NCBI GenBank assembly: GCA_965263035.1
Contig: OZ253580.1
Span: forward strand, 3,552,001 to 3,616,000
Source: Acidobacteriota bacterium
Lineage (GTDB): Bacteria; Acidobacteriota; UBA6911; RPQK01; JAJDTT01
DNA length: 64,000 bases
Reading direction: 5' to 3'
The notes beneath the pieces are model-generated. The model ran no database searches. It was not told the origin of the DNA and saw only the letters and a list, made by a program, of their open reading frames with translations. Each line of letters begins with the position of its first letter. Positions within the stretch are counted from its first letter, which is position 1. Below are positions 10,501 through 19,803 of this stretch, in pieces. A program made the translations under genes and the position numbers.

Positions 10501-11091
10501 GGCTCGGGCAATCTGCTGGGGCAGGAACAACATGGGCACATCAATGCCGTCGGCTTCGAGCTCTACCTGAAGCTGCTGCAGGAGGCAGTTCGGGAGTTGA
10601 AGGGAGAAGAGATCGAGGAGGAGATCCGAATCAGTATCGACCTCGGCCTGGACATCCACATTCCGCAACATTACATCGGTGACCCGAGTCAGCGCCTCTG
10701 GCTCTACAAGCGGCTGAGCATTCTGTCGAACCGGCGATCTTTGGAAAACCTGAAGGAGGAGGTCGAAGACCGGTTCGGCAAGTACCCGCGTTCCGTCTCC
10801 AATCTCTTCGAGTACGGAGCGTTGCGGCTGAGCGCGAATCGCTTGAGAATAAGTTCCATCGACCTCAGGGGCCCGAAGGTTTTGTTGAGGTTCAGGGATG
10901 ACACGCCGGTGTCTCCTCATGACATCGTCGCTCTGGTCCAGGGGAGGACCGAGCTCACTCTGACTCAAGGCGGAGTGCTCAACGTTCGAGTCTCCTCTTC
11001 TGATCCGTCGACCCTCTTCGCTTCCGTCAGCGCCGTGCTTGAGAGCATCAGTGAGAGGATAGGGAAACGGGAAATCAGGAGTCCGGAATGA
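7567..11091 (+). CDS. mfd: transcription-repair coupling factor
   Basis: UvrB-homology region (RGGIIDVFP), RID (DYVVHIDHGIG), helicase motifs GDVGYGKTEV, DEEQRFG, SATPIPRT and QLRGRVGR, and a C-terminal TRCF domain. Confidence 0.97.
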   Translation: MNRDSSLQPSPATSSPESPAAANLFETLAEKALRNRRLEGLHGADSALVLASIYRRDPGFYLWLCPRNRDLETMAANLRLFLPQECRDQVLLLPGSEADPYRGLSPHPEIAAARAVALWRILRWNQGLILTTLSALTPRLPSPQAFMSQCLDLEVGRFFPPDHLTRTLDQVGYVREDPVSTVGEYSIRGGIIDVFPPSASAPVRIEFFGDEIESIREFDPTSQRSVALVPGCRVVPMRELAVTPRDISRWHREAPDHWSEVRFAQALEERLQFTANGELFNGFEALFPLVVRTRHHLLDYVQAEGRSAPALVLSDWDELRNEHGKTQEGWEQSYQERTADGDLALPRDRLYWSAEAVEGWTKQHPTFYLNRLFQDRGGTERFDFRAERQYSGQLRGLLADLEEWTRRERVVFVMKTPGMVDRLVDIFREYDIHLHRASGFGSALDHRTAVIQGRLSQGFHSPGLGLHLLGEENLFAESLLKPAPPRTRPDLAASFLSDFRDLKSGDYVVHIDHGIGLFQGLRSLGVGGDAREFLVVSFQGDDKLYVPADRLDQLQKYRSSGESRPRLDRLGGASWHKTKKRIKKSMRRMAQDLLKLYAQREVARGHVFPEDDALAREFESAFPYEETPDQAAAIEAVKKDMMASRPMDRLICGDVGYGKTEVAMRAAFRAVNDSKQVAVLTPTTILALQHFSTFRERFKGFPVSIGMISRLRNRSQQREILENTESGKTDILIGTHRLLSRDVRFRDLGLIVVDEEQRFGVAQKERLKQLKTRVEVLNLSATPIPRTLSMSLTGVRDLSIIETPPKDRLSIQTAVVRFSRSLIRTAIDLELKRQGQIFIVHNSVETIYTIARMVQETVPEARVAVGHGQMRANQLEKIMLDFLDYRYDVLVATTIIENGLDIPRANTLLVNQAHRFGLAQLYQLRGRVGRSNRRAYAYLLIPSEETLSTDAARRLAAIREFSDLGSGFRIAAMDLEIRGSGNLLGQEQHGHINAVGFELYLKLLQEAVRELKGEEIEEEIRISIDLGLDIHIPQHYIGDPSQRLWLYKRLSILSNRRSLENLKEEVEDRFGKYPRSVSNLFEYGALRLSANRLRISSIDLRGPKVLLRFRDDTPVSPHDIVALVQGRTELTLTQGGVLNVRVSSSDPSTLFASVSAVLESISERIGKREIRSPE

Positions 11092-11200
11092 CGAAAGGGA
11101 AGAGATCGTGACGATCGGGTCGGGCTGTGAGTTTGTGAGTGCGGTGCGGCCAGGGGGCCGGCACGGCGATATCGGGTGCGGGCTGATAGAATGGACGGCG

Positions 11201-12157
11201 ATGCTCGCGAGTCTGAAACCGAGTCGTGCCGGTGGGACGCTGGACCGGAGTTGGATCGGGAAGGCCCTGCTGCTTCATCTGGGGTGGGCAGCGTGCGGAC
11301 TTCCGGCCGGAGACGCCCGTTCCCCCAAACAGGAGACTCTGGTGGCACAGTTGGACGAGGAGCAAATTACTCTTCGAGAATTCGAAGCCTACTTGGCGGC
11401 GGAGTCGGACTCGGGGCAGGTCCCGCCGCGAAAAAGCCGGTTTCGTGACTTCGTGGTGGAGAAAATGCTTCTGCGTCAGGCTCGCCTTGACGGCATCAGC
11501 GTGGCCGACGCGGAGTTGGAGGAGCAGATCGGGAATCTTCAGATCGAGGCCGGAGACTCCAAGTTCTCCGAACGCTTGCGCCGATTCCTCACATTTCAAA
11601 AGCTGCTGATGCTGAAGGTCCGGGATCAGGTGAAAGTGACCTCGTCCGACATTCGCCACTTTTATGGGACCCACGACGAACAGTTTCGGGTCGGCGATTC
11701 AGGAAGGGTGTTGGAGATCCTGGTGGACAAGCGGGAACGAGCCCAGGAAATTCGAGGAATGCTGGAGCCGGGAGACGTCCGGCAGTTCCAGGAGATGGCC
11801 CGATTGCACTCCAAGGGTCTGACCGCAGATTCCGGCGGAGCCCTGGGGACCTTCGAGCGGGATCAGCTGCCGGGCGAGTTCGAAAAGGTCATCTTGGCGC
11901 TTGAGCCGGGTGAGATCAGTAACGTGTTCCGATCCCGGCATGGGTACCACCTCTTCATGGTGGAGGAATGGATTGGGCGGCACCACAAGAGTCTCTACCA
12001 TGTCCAGGAGGGGATCTTCTCGACTTTGATTGCAAAGCAGGAGAGCGCCGCAGTGGATTCCTACATCGAGGGTCTGCTGGCCGGGGCCTCGCTCCAGATC
12101 TACGAAAGGGAGCTCGACTTCCGGGAGAGAGATGATCATGTTTCCGCGCCAAATTAG
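11201..12157 (+). CDS. SurA/PrsA-like parvulin peptidyl-prolyl isomerase
   Basis: FQEMARLHS..GGALG and GEISNVFRSRHGYHLF parvulin motifs; follows mfd. Start uncertain. Confidence 0.8.
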   Translation: MLASLKPSRAGGTLDRSWIGKALLLHLGWAACGLPAGDARSPKQETLVAQLDEEQITLREFEAYLAAESDSGQVPPRKSRFRDFVVEKMLLRQARLDGISVADAELEEQIGNLQIEAGDSKFSERLRRFLTFQKLLMLKVRDQVKVTSSDIRHFYGTHDEQFRVGDSGRVLEILVDKRERAQEIRGMLEPGDVRQFQEMARLHSKGLTADSGGALGTFERDQLPGEFEKVILALEPGEISNVFRSRHGYHLFMVEEWIGRHHKSLYHVQEGIFSTLIAKQESAAVDSYIEGLLAGASLQIYERELDFRERDDHVSAPN

Positions 12158-13229
12158 GGTGATTACGATCGCTGGGGTCCTGCTGTTGACCGGTCCGGTT
12201 CAGGGACAGGACCAGGGAGCGGCGGGAGATCCGCCCCGGCCGCCGCAGCGGAAGCAGCAGGCGCCGCCTCCGGAACCGGTTCTCCTGGACGAGATCGTGG
12301 CCCGCGTCAACGACCAGATCATCACCCGCAGGGATCTGGACCACGAGTTGTACGTCGTCCAATCCGACGTTCGGCAGCGAATACAGGATCCGGAACGCGC
12401 CATGCGGATCTGGCAGACGCAAAAGCGGCAGGTGCTGCGCGAGATGATCGACACCAGGCTGCTCCTGCAGAAGGCCGAGGAACTGGGCGTGGCCCCCAAC
12501 GTCGACGATGAGGTCTCGGCTCAGATCGAGAATATGCGTAAGGAGAGTGGAATTCCCAGCCTGGAGGCCATGGATCAGGCCATGCGCCGGCAAGGTTTGA
12601 GCCTGGGTCAAATGAGAGCTAGGCTGAGGCAAAAATACATACAGGAACGCCTGTTGGGCGCCATGGTCTATTCCCGGATCACGCTTCTGACGCCGGAGAT
12701 CCAGGAGTTCTACGACCAGAACCGTGAACGGTACACCGAGCCCGAGGAGGTGGAGTTGGCCGAGATCCTGTTTCTCACCGAGGGCAAGGAGAAGGACCAG
12801 GTTCATTCCAAGGCTCAGGGAGTCGTGGACCGGCTCAAGGCGGGAGGCTCGTTCGAAGAGTTGGCCAAGGAGCATTCCGAGGGTCCCACCGCTAGTCGGG
12901 GAGGGTCGATCGGGTCCTTCAAGCGGGGGTCCATGCAGCAAGTTCAAGAGGCGGCGGTGACCAAGTTGAAAGAGGGGGAGTACAGCGACCTCATCGAGGC
13001 CGACTACGGTTTTCAGGTTCTCAAGCTGTTGAAGAGAAAACCTGCGCGGCAGTTGGATCTGGAAGAGGTGCGGCGCCACATTCAGGAACAGCTCTACTTC
13101 AAGAAGGCGCAGCCTCAGCTCAAGAAGTACGTGGAAGACCTGCGGGAGGAAAGCTACATTTACGTCGATCCCAGCTATCAGAAAGAGTACGACGTAGAAA
13201 AACTGGGACTGACGTCGATCGAACTTTAA
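12132..13229 (+). CDS. SurA-like peptidyl-prolyl isomerase / chaperone
   Basis: Signal peptide, SurA N-terminal EIVARVNDQIIT, parvulin FEELAKEHSEGPTASRGGSIG. RBS GGGAGA before ATG 12132. Confidence 0.88.
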   Translation: MIMFPRQIRVITIAGVLLLTGPVQGQDQGAAGDPPRPPQRKQQAPPPEPVLLDEIVARVNDQIITRRDLDHELYVVQSDVRQRIQDPERAMRIWQTQKRQVLREMIDTRLLLQKAEELGVAPNVDDEVSAQIENMRKESGIPSLEAMDQAMRRQGLSLGQMRARLRQKYIQERLLGAMVYSRITLLTPEIQEFYDQNRERYTEPEEVELAEILFLTEGKEKDQVHSKAQGVVDRLKAGGSFEELAKEHSEGPTASRGGSIGSFKRGSMQQVQEAAVTKLKEGEYSDLIEADYGFQVLKLLKRKPARQLDLEEVRRHIQEQLYFKKAQPQLKKYVEDLREESYIYVDPSYQKEYDVEKLGLTSIEL

Positions 13230-13301
13230 GTCTTAAGAACAGTCGCGTTCATCACACCTGGTGGCGGCGTCCGCCGCCGCCCGTCCAAGTCGCTCTCGAA
13301 T

Positions 13302-14216
13302 CTACATTCGGGCCCGCTTCTCGGCTCTCCGTTTGAACACCCATGAGATGACGATGCTCACCAGGTAGAGCAGGACCATGGGCCCGCTCCAGAGGAACAG
13401 GTTGATGGCGTCCGTGGTGGGAGACACCACGGCTGCGATCATGACCATGAGGAGAAAGGCATAGCGGAAGTTTCTCCAGAGAAAGCCGGGAGTGATGAGT
13501 CCGAACATGGACAGGAAGGCCACGATCACCGGAAGCTGAAAGATGGCGCCCATGCCCAGAATGATGATCACCTCGAAATTGAAGTACTCGATAGCGCTCA
13601 CCATGGGCTGGAAGGCACTGCCGAACTCGTTGATCAGAAAGTTGAGCGCCGTGGGGAGGATGATGTAGTAGGCGAAAGTGCCGCCCAGCAGGACCAACGC
13701 CGTCGACGAAACCAGGAAGGGGATGATGTAGCGCTTCTCCTGCTGGTACAGGCCCGGAGCGATGAAAAGCCAGACCTGCGTGAGGATCGCCGGAGCGGCC
13801 AGGAAAACGGCCGCGACGAAAGAAACCTTCATGTAGATCGTGAACGGCTCCGTGGGCTTGATGAACACCAACTTCTCGATACCACTGTTCTTGATGGGTA
13901 CGGCCAGGAATTCGAAGATGGGCTCCCGGAAGATCCAGCAGGCGCAGAAAGCGACCGCGACGGCGACCGCGCTCCAGAGGATGCGCTTTCGAAGCTCGTC
14001 CAGATGCTCCAGAAAGGTCATCTTGGCGCCCAGTTCCTCCTCTTCGGGAGAATCCGGGTCTGCTTCGGCCTCTGCGGAGGTTACCGGTGTTGGAGGATCG
14101 GATGGAGGCGGGGAGGAACCGGCACCCGGGACGGTTTCCTGCCCGGCGTCTCCGGTTGGCTGAGTCTCGGACGCGCTTGGGTCTGGGGGAGGAGGAGAAC
14201 CCGGAGAGTCATTCAT
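13302..14216 (-). CDS. tatC: twin-arginine translocase subunit TatC
   Basis: MTFLEHLDELRKR, FIAPGLY and SPTTD motifs, six TM segments, Pro-rich N-terminal extension. Confidence 0.96.
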   Translation of the reverse strand: MNDSPGSPPPPDPSASETQPTGDAGQETVPGAGSSPPPSDPPTPVTSAEAEADPDSPEEEELGAKMTFLEHLDELRKRILWSAVAVAVAFCACWIFREPIFEFLAVPIKNSGIEKLVFIKPTEPFTIYMKVSFVAAVFLAAPAILTQVWLFIAPGLYQQEKRYIIPFLVSSTALVLLGGTFAYYIILPTALNFLINEFGSAFQPMVSAIEYFNFEVIIILGMGAIFQLPVIVAFLSMFGLITPGFLWRNFRYAFLLMVMIAAVVSPTTDAINLFLWSGPMVLLYLVSIVISWVFKRRAEKRARM

Positions 14217-14258
14217 GAAAGCCGGTCGATCGGCGGAGCGGGAACCACCGGGAGTCGA

Positions 14259-14474
14259 TCATGACGCATCGATATCTCTCTGGATCTTCTTGAATTCTTC
14301 TTCCTCGACCCGAACCTCGTCCTCCCAGGTTCGTTTCAACTCGTTGGAAGCCCGCTTGAATTCGGCCAGGCTCTTGCCCAGAGACTTGCCCAGGTCAGGA
14401 AGCTTCCGTGGGCCAAAGATCACAAGAGCGATGACGAAGATGATCACCACTTCCTGAAAGCCTAGATTCCACAT
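14259..14474 (-). CDS. tatA: TatA/TatB-family translocase subunit
   Basis: LVIFGPRKLPDLGKSLGKSLAEFK; directly upstream of tatC. Confidence 0.92.
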   Translation of the reverse strand: MWNLGFQEVVIIFVIALVIFGPRKLPDLGKSLGKSLAEFKRASNELKRTWEDEVRVEEEEFKKIQRDIDAS

Positions 14475-14499
14475 AATTGCCTCGCCTCCCTGGAGGGAA

Positions 14500-14529
14500 A
14501 TAGTAAGTCACCGCGTCAAATCAAGTCAA
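14500..14529 (-). promoter_or_regulatory. sigma70-like promoter of tatAC
   Basis: Minus strand TTGACT-N18-TACTAT, followed by a GGAGG RBS. Confidence 0.55.
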
Positions 14530-14600
14530 CCGCCAAGGACCCGCGCTTGGGCGGCGAGACCGCCGTCATGAAGTCTTCCCGGGATGGCCAACGGGGTTAA

Positions 14601-14609
14601 TGTTATACT
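14601..14609 (+). promoter_or_regulatory. extended -10 promoter for the S41 protease / transglycosylase genes
   Basis: TGtTATACT in the divergent intergenic region. Confidence 0.45.
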
Positions 14610-14669
14610 GCCCGGCAACCAACGCCATTCGGCGCTCTTGGGAAACCTGGACGGAAAGGGCTCGGAAAC

Positions 14670-16331
14670 TTGTATTACTCTGGAGACCGATCGAACAAGG
14701 GACTCGGAATTTTTCTGATTCTGGCGATCCTGGTCGTCACCCTGCTCGGCGGATGGCTGGGCGAGAAGGTCAGCGCCGGCGCTCCGCTCGAAGAAGACAC
14801 CCAGAGGCTGATGAAGGCCTTCACGGCCACCCTGGATCATATCCACTCGGACTACGCCCGGGAGGTGGACGGGAACCGCCTGATAGAGAGCGGCATTCGC
14901 GGTCTTCTGAGATCCCTCGATCCCCACAGTTCTTTTTTCTCCCGGGCCGACTACAGCAAGCTCCAGGAAGAGCAGAAGGGCAAGTATTACGGGCTGGGAA
15001 TCAGCATCAAGGCAGAATCTCCGGGGAGCGGGCGCGTGGTGGTGGAAAAACCTCCCTCCGTCGGGACCCCGGCCTACAAGGCGGGCATCCAGCGCGGCGA
15101 CGTGATCTCCAAGATCAGGGGCAAATCGATCGAGGATTGGGACCTTCTGGAAGAGGTCATCCCCAACCTGAAAGGTCCCAAGGGGACCACGGTTCAGATC
15201 ACCATCGAGCGCCCGGGTGTTCCCGAACCCATCGAAATGACCGTGGAACGGGACGAGATCCCCATGTACACGATCGAGTTCGCTTTCTACCTCCCGAACG
15301 AGATCGGCTATGTGAAGATCAAAAAATTCTCCGAGACCACGGGAGAGGAATTGAACGACGCCCTGATGAGGTTGGACGAATCCAAGCTCCGGGCCTTGAT
15401 ATTGGATCTGCGAGAAAATCCCGGCGGCGCCCTCAACCAGGCGATCCAGGTCGCCGACCGGTTTCTCTCCAAAGGACAACTGGTGGTACGGACCCGCATG
15501 CGCAAGGGTCGAAGCCACGAGTATGTGGCGCCCAAGGGGCGAGATTATGGTTATCCCATGGTCGTTCTCATCGATCGCAACAGCGCCAGTGCCAGTGAAA
15601 TCGTAGCCGGCGCGCTGCAGGACCACGACCGCGCCCTGATCGTGGGCGAGACCAGCTTCGGCAAGGCGCTGGTCCAGACCATCTACCCCTTGGAACAGAA
15701 CAGAGGTCTGGCCCTGACCACCGGCAGGTATTACACGCCGAGCGACCGGCTCATCCAGCGCAGCTACCGTGAAAGCTTTTACGAATACTTTTCGGGAAGG
15801 CGTGACAATTCTTCGTCGGAACGGACCGAGCACAAGACCGACAGCGGGAGGCCCGTCTTCGGCGGAGGCGGCATCACTCCGGATGAAGAGGTCTCCCATC
15901 CGACGCGTCCCAAGATCCTGGGTCAGCTGGCTCGCAAGGACAGCTTCCGTCAATTCGTGGAGAAGCTGTCCAAGGGAGATCTCGATCCCAATTTCCGTTT
16001 CCCCAGCCAGTTGGAACGCTGGAACAATCTTTCGGAGGCGGAGAAGGGCCGGCTGCGCCGGCAGCACCGGGTTACCGAGAAGATTCTCGGCCGGTTCCGC
16101 CAATATCTTGACGACAAGAAGATCGTCTACAATCACGCCGATTTCGACGAAAATAAGCACCTGATCAAGACCTACCTGGAACAGCAGCTCATGGCCCGGG
16201 TCCTGGGTGAGGAAGAAGGACAGAGGGTCGTTTTGAGCATCGACGAACAACTCCGAAAGGCCATCGAGCTCCTGCCCCGGGCGAAAGTCCTCTTTGATAA
16301 CGACGTCGCTGTCAGACAGGGCGACACCTAG
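14670..16331 (+). CDS. S41 family carboxy-terminal processing protease (PDZ domain)
   Basis: LDPHS, GLGISI (PDZ), DLRENPGG, SASASEIVAGALQDHDRA, SFGKALVQ. Confidence 0.93.
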   Translation: MYYSGDRSNKGLGIFLILAILVVTLLGGWLGEKVSAGAPLEEDTQRLMKAFTATLDHIHSDYAREVDGNRLIESGIRGLLRSLDPHSSFFSRADYSKLQEEQKGKYYGLGISIKAESPGSGRVVVEKPPSVGTPAYKAGIQRGDVISKIRGKSIEDWDLLEEVIPNLKGPKGTTVQITIERPGVPEPIEMTVERDEIPMYTIEFAFYLPNEIGYVKIKKFSETTGEELNDALMRLDESKLRALILDLRENPGGALNQAIQVADRFLSKGQLVVRTRMRKGRSHEYVAPKGRDYGYPMVVLIDRNSASASEIVAGALQDHDRALIVGETSFGKALVQTIYPLEQNRGLALTTGRYYTPSDRLIQRSYRESFYEYFSGRRDNSSSERTEHKTDSGRPVFGGGGITPDEEVSHPTRPKILGQLARKDSFRQFVEKLSKGDLDPNFRFPSQLERWNNLSEAEKGRLRRQHRVTEKILGRFRQYLDDKKIVYNHADFDENKHLIKTYLEQQLMARVLGEEEGQRVVLSIDEQLRKAIELLPRAKVLFDNDVAVRQGDT

Positions 16332-16337
16332 ACCGAA

Positions 16338-18086
16338 ATGGCTCGGCCGGCAACTGGAACAGACCGGGAATGGGTTCCTGTGTGGAGGCTTGAGCCTTCC
16401 GCCGGCTCGGCGCCCGGATTTCGGCAACGCTTTGTCAGGAACGTGGCTGTCCTGGCCGGCTTGGCCTTGCTCGCCGGCTGTAGTTCTCAGCGTCGGGTCG
16501 CCGTGCCCGTTCCCACCGACAGTTCACCCGTAGCTGCTGCACACCCGCCAGCGAGAACCGACGACCAGGCTCCGGATCAGGACCTGGAGATCAAGCGAGA
16601 GCTGGCCGAGAACCGGGTTAGGGAACGCATACGGTCTTCGTTGCAGCTTTTCCTTGAGGGCGAGTCGCTGTTCAATCAGGGACGGCGTGACGAAGGCGGG
16701 GACTACTTCCTGAGAGCCCTGGGTCAACTGGTGGAACCCAAGGAGGAACCCGTTCCGAACCGTCAGTTGGAAGGGGCCTACTTCTCTCTGTTGGGCAAGA
16801 TCGAGGATCTGAGGCTGGAAGACCTGGACAGCGCCCGAGAGGAGGACAGTCCCATCGAATGGCTGGCCAACCGCAATGTCTTTACCATTCGGGTGGACCC
16901 GAAGTTGAAGCATCTGGCCAGCGAGGATCTGCTGACGTCCGAATTTGACGTCCCCGTGGTCCTCAATGAACGAGTGCTCCGATTCCTGACCTACTACCGG
17001 ACGCGTGGCCGGGTCTTCATGGAGCGGGGGCTGCAGCGTTCGGGCCGTTACCTGGAAATGTTCAGGGCCGTGTTTCGCCGAGAGGGTATCCCCCTCGATC
17101 TGGTCTACGTGGCCCATATCGAGAGTCTCTTCCGACCCGACGCGCTCTCACGGGCGCGGGCTAAGGGCATCTGGCAATTCATTCGAGGAACCGGACACCT
17201 CTATGGTCTCAGGCAGGACTGGTGGATCGACGAACGTTCCGACATCCTGAAGTCCACGGTGGCCGCCGCCCGGTTCCTGAAACACCTCTACGGCGAGTTC
17301 GGGGACTGGTACCTGGCTCTGGCCGGGTACAACTGCGGCCCCCGGAGAATCGAGCGGATTCTCCGGCGCTACGGGCGCATCGACTACTGGGAGATGGCCC
17401 GTCGCCGGCTCCTGCCGCGGGAGACCAGGAATTACGTGCCCTCTTACTTGGCCGCCACCATGATCTTCAAGAACCCGGCCCGGTACGGATTCCAAGTCGA
17501 ACCGGATCCCGAACTGAGATTCGAATTGGTCCCCATGGAACACCAGGTGGACCTGGATACCTTGGCCGAACTCATCGAGGTTCCGGCCCGGCTGCTGGAT
17601 GACCTCAATCCGGAGCTGAGGAGACGGGTGACTCCCCACAAGCTCCCAGGGTATCGGATGAAGGTACCCGTAGGCAGGGGAGCGATGACTCAGGAAAGGG
17701 TGGCCCAACTTCCACCCGAGAAACGAATCAGGCTTCGCCACCACCAAGTCAGAAAGGGAGAGACGCTGTCGCTGATCGCCCGCCGTTACGCCACCTCGAT
17801 TCAGGCTATCGCTCAGGCCAATCGGCTTCGGAGCATCCATCGGCTCCGGATCGGGCAGGAGCTGGCTATTCCACTATTCCCTTCCGGAAGGGGCGGCGCG
17901 GCTCGCCGCGCGGCCTCGAGGGTGCGTCGTTCCGACTCGTCGGGCCCGCACGTCGTCAGCCGGGGAGACACGCTCTACGCCATCGCCCTAGCCTACAGGG
18001 TGAAACTCAAGGACCTGCTCCGCTGGAACAATCTGAGTCCAAGGCAGCGGATCTTTCCGGGACAGAAGATCCTGGTCTCGCCGTAG
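16338..18086 (+). CDS. MltD-like lytic transglycosylase with LysM domains (probable lipoprotein)
   Basis: Lipobox LLAGC, SLT motifs IESLF, GIWQF, AGYNCG and ETRNYVP, two LysM repeats. The true start may lie further downstream. Confidence 0.9.
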   Translation: MARPATGTDREWVPVWRLEPSAGSAPGFRQRFVRNVAVLAGLALLAGCSSQRRVAVPVPTDSSPVAAAHPPARTDDQAPDQDLEIKRELAENRVRERIRSSLQLFLEGESLFNQGRRDEGGDYFLRALGQLVEPKEEPVPNRQLEGAYFSLLGKIEDLRLEDLDSAREEDSPIEWLANRNVFTIRVDPKLKHLASEDLLTSEFDVPVVLNERVLRFLTYYRTRGRVFMERGLQRSGRYLEMFRAVFRREGIPLDLVYVAHIESLFRPDALSRARAKGIWQFIRGTGHLYGLRQDWWIDERSDILKSTVAAARFLKHLYGEFGDWYLALAGYNCGPRRIERILRRYGRIDYWEMARRRLLPRETRNYVPSYLAATMIFKNPARYGFQVEPDPELRFELVPMEHQVDLDTLAELIEVPARLLDDLNPELRRRVTPHKLPGYRMKVPVGRGAMTQERVAQLPPEKRIRLRHHQVRKGETLSLIARRYATSIQAIAQANRLRSIHRLRIGQELAIPLFPSGRGGAARRAASRVRRSDSSGPHVVSRGDTLYAIALAYRVKLKDLLRWNNLSPRQRIFPGQKILVSP

Positions 18087-18227
18087 GAACAAGGAAAGCT
18101 CCCTCACCGGCTGGGCTCCGGAGGATTCATGGAAGAAACAAGCCTTCGAACCAATCTGGCTCCAAAATCCTTAACCAGATCGTTTTCGGTAGAGGTGCCC
18201 GCTACGCGAAAACTACGCGCCTTTCTT

Positions 18228-18425
18228 CACTCTTTCCTCTTTCCTCAGTTTCTCAGAAGTCCCCCACCGGCCCCGGCCCGGCGCAATCCAACCAGAAAAA
18301 CGGGATGTCTGGGAGCAACAGCTTTCCAGCCGCCGGTTCCGCGTCGGCGATGAAGACGGGGACAAGAATGTCCTCGCTCCCAGGGTGCCCGTATTGTTTT
18401 TCTAGGAAGAGAAGAGGGAAGAGTG
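18228..18425. repeat. nested inverted-repeat (REP-like) structure between convergent genes
   Basis: Arm pairs 18228-18246/18406-18425 (imperfect), CCAGAAAAAC/GTTTTTCTAG (18292/18396) and CTGGGAGC/GCTCCCAG (18309/18376). Confidence 0.55.
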
Positions 18426-18581
18426 TAGAGGCCGGTCGGTCACCTCGCCGGTGACACCCGAGCCAGATGAACCTGGATCCCTGTTTTCCCCCTGACTGAG
18501 GTGGATCAGGGTTGCTGGGGAAGCTTTCCGAAGAACCCGGTTCCAAGAAAATCTCTGCGGGATGATGCGGGTCGGCGAGGT

Positions 18582-19784
18582 TCAGGACCGGCCGGCCCGG
18601 ACCAGCTTCGCGGTCTCGCGGGCAATGACCAGTTCCTCGTTGGCCAGGATCACGAAAACCTGGACCGGTGACCCGGGGGCGGAGATGCAGCCCTCCCGGC
18701 CCCGAGAGTCGTTGGCGCCGGCGTCCAGGTGGATCCCCAGGAACTCCAGCCCCTGACAGATCTTCCGCCGGATCGCGATGCCGTTTTCTCCGATGCCGCC
18801 GGTGAACACGAGGGCGTCGAGCCCACCCAGTACCGCCGCATAGGCCCCCACGTACTTGCGAGTCTCGTGCACCAGCACGTCCAGGGCCAGAGCGGCTCTT
18901 GGGTTCCCACGGCCTGCCGCTTTCTCCAGATCCCGTACGTCGCCGCTCACCCCCGAGATACCCTTCAAGCCGGAGTCCTTCACCAGCCGCTCCCGAAGCT
19001 GTCCAGGGCTGAGGTCCTCATTCTCCAGCAGGTAGAGAACGACGAACGGGTCCAGATCGCCGTTTCTGGTGGCGTTGGGCAGGCCGGACTGCGGAGAGAA
19101 GCCCATGCTGGTCTCCACCGAGATGCCCCCTTTGAGGGCGCAGACACTGGAGCTGCCTCCCATATGACAGGAGATGATTCGCAACTCCCGATCCGGATTT
19201 TCCAACAGTTGCGGCGCTCGCAGGGAGACGTACCGGTGGGAGGCGCCATGGAACCCGTAGCGGCGAATGGCGTGCTTTTGGGACCATTCGAAGGGAATGC
19301 CGTAGGTGCGGGCGGCCTCGGGGATGGTCTTGTGGAAAGCGGGCTCGAAGACCCCCACCAGCGGCTTCTCCGGCAGTATCTCACGGAAGATGCGGAACGC
19401 CTGGATGTAGGGGGGATTGTGAGCGGGCGCCAGGGACGTGTACTCCTCCATGGCGGCGATGACCTGGTCCGTGATCAATACCGAATCGGCGATCCCCTTG
19501 GCGTGCACCGGCTTGAATCCCACGGCGTCCAGTTCTTCCAGGCTGTTCAGAACTCCGGATGCCGGGTCGGTCAGCAGCTTGAGTGCGTGGTCTACGGCCG
19601 CTCGCTGGTCGGGACACTCCAGATCTCCCGTCAACTCCGGTTCCTGGCCTCGCCGATAGTTGAAGGGAGACGATGGGCCGCCCACCCTCTCCACCCGGCC
19701 GGCGGCCAGAATCTCTTCGTCCTCCATCCGGAAGAGACGGAACTTGAGGGACGTGGATCCGACGTTGACGACCAGAACCTGCAT
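18582..19784 (-). CDS. ackA: acetate/propionate kinase
   Basis: NVGSTSLKF, LAPAHN, RRYGFHGASH, SMGFSP, FTGGIGEN and ANEELVIA motifs. Confidence 0.93.
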   Translation of the reverse strand: MQVLVVNVGSTSLKFRLFRMEDEEILAAGRVERVGGPSSPFNYRRGQEPELTGDLECPDQRAAVDHALKLLTDPASGVLNSLEELDAVGFKPVHAKGIADSVLITDQVIAAMEEYTSLAPAHNPPYIQAFRIFREILPEKPLVGVFEPAFHKTIPEAARTYGIPFEWSQKHAIRRYGFHGASHRYVSLRAPQLLENPDRELRIISCHMGGSSSVCALKGGISVETSMGFSPQSGLPNATRNGDLDPFVVLYLLENEDLSPGQLRERLVKDSGLKGISGVSGDVRDLEKAAGRGNPRAALALDVLVHETRKYVGAYAAVLGGLDALVFTGGIGENGIAIRRKICQGLEFLGIHLDAGANDSRGREGCISAPGSPVQVFVILANEELVIARETAKLVRAGRS

Positions 19785-19803
19785 GGCGAGAGTCCGATCC
19801 CGG

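Noticed and set aside
18455-18550. TPP riboswitch or 6S RNA suggested by TGAACCTGGATC and GAACCCGGTTC
   Set aside because: The CTGAGA and TAAT elements are missing, the site lies between convergent gene ends, and the similarity is too short to call without a covariance search.
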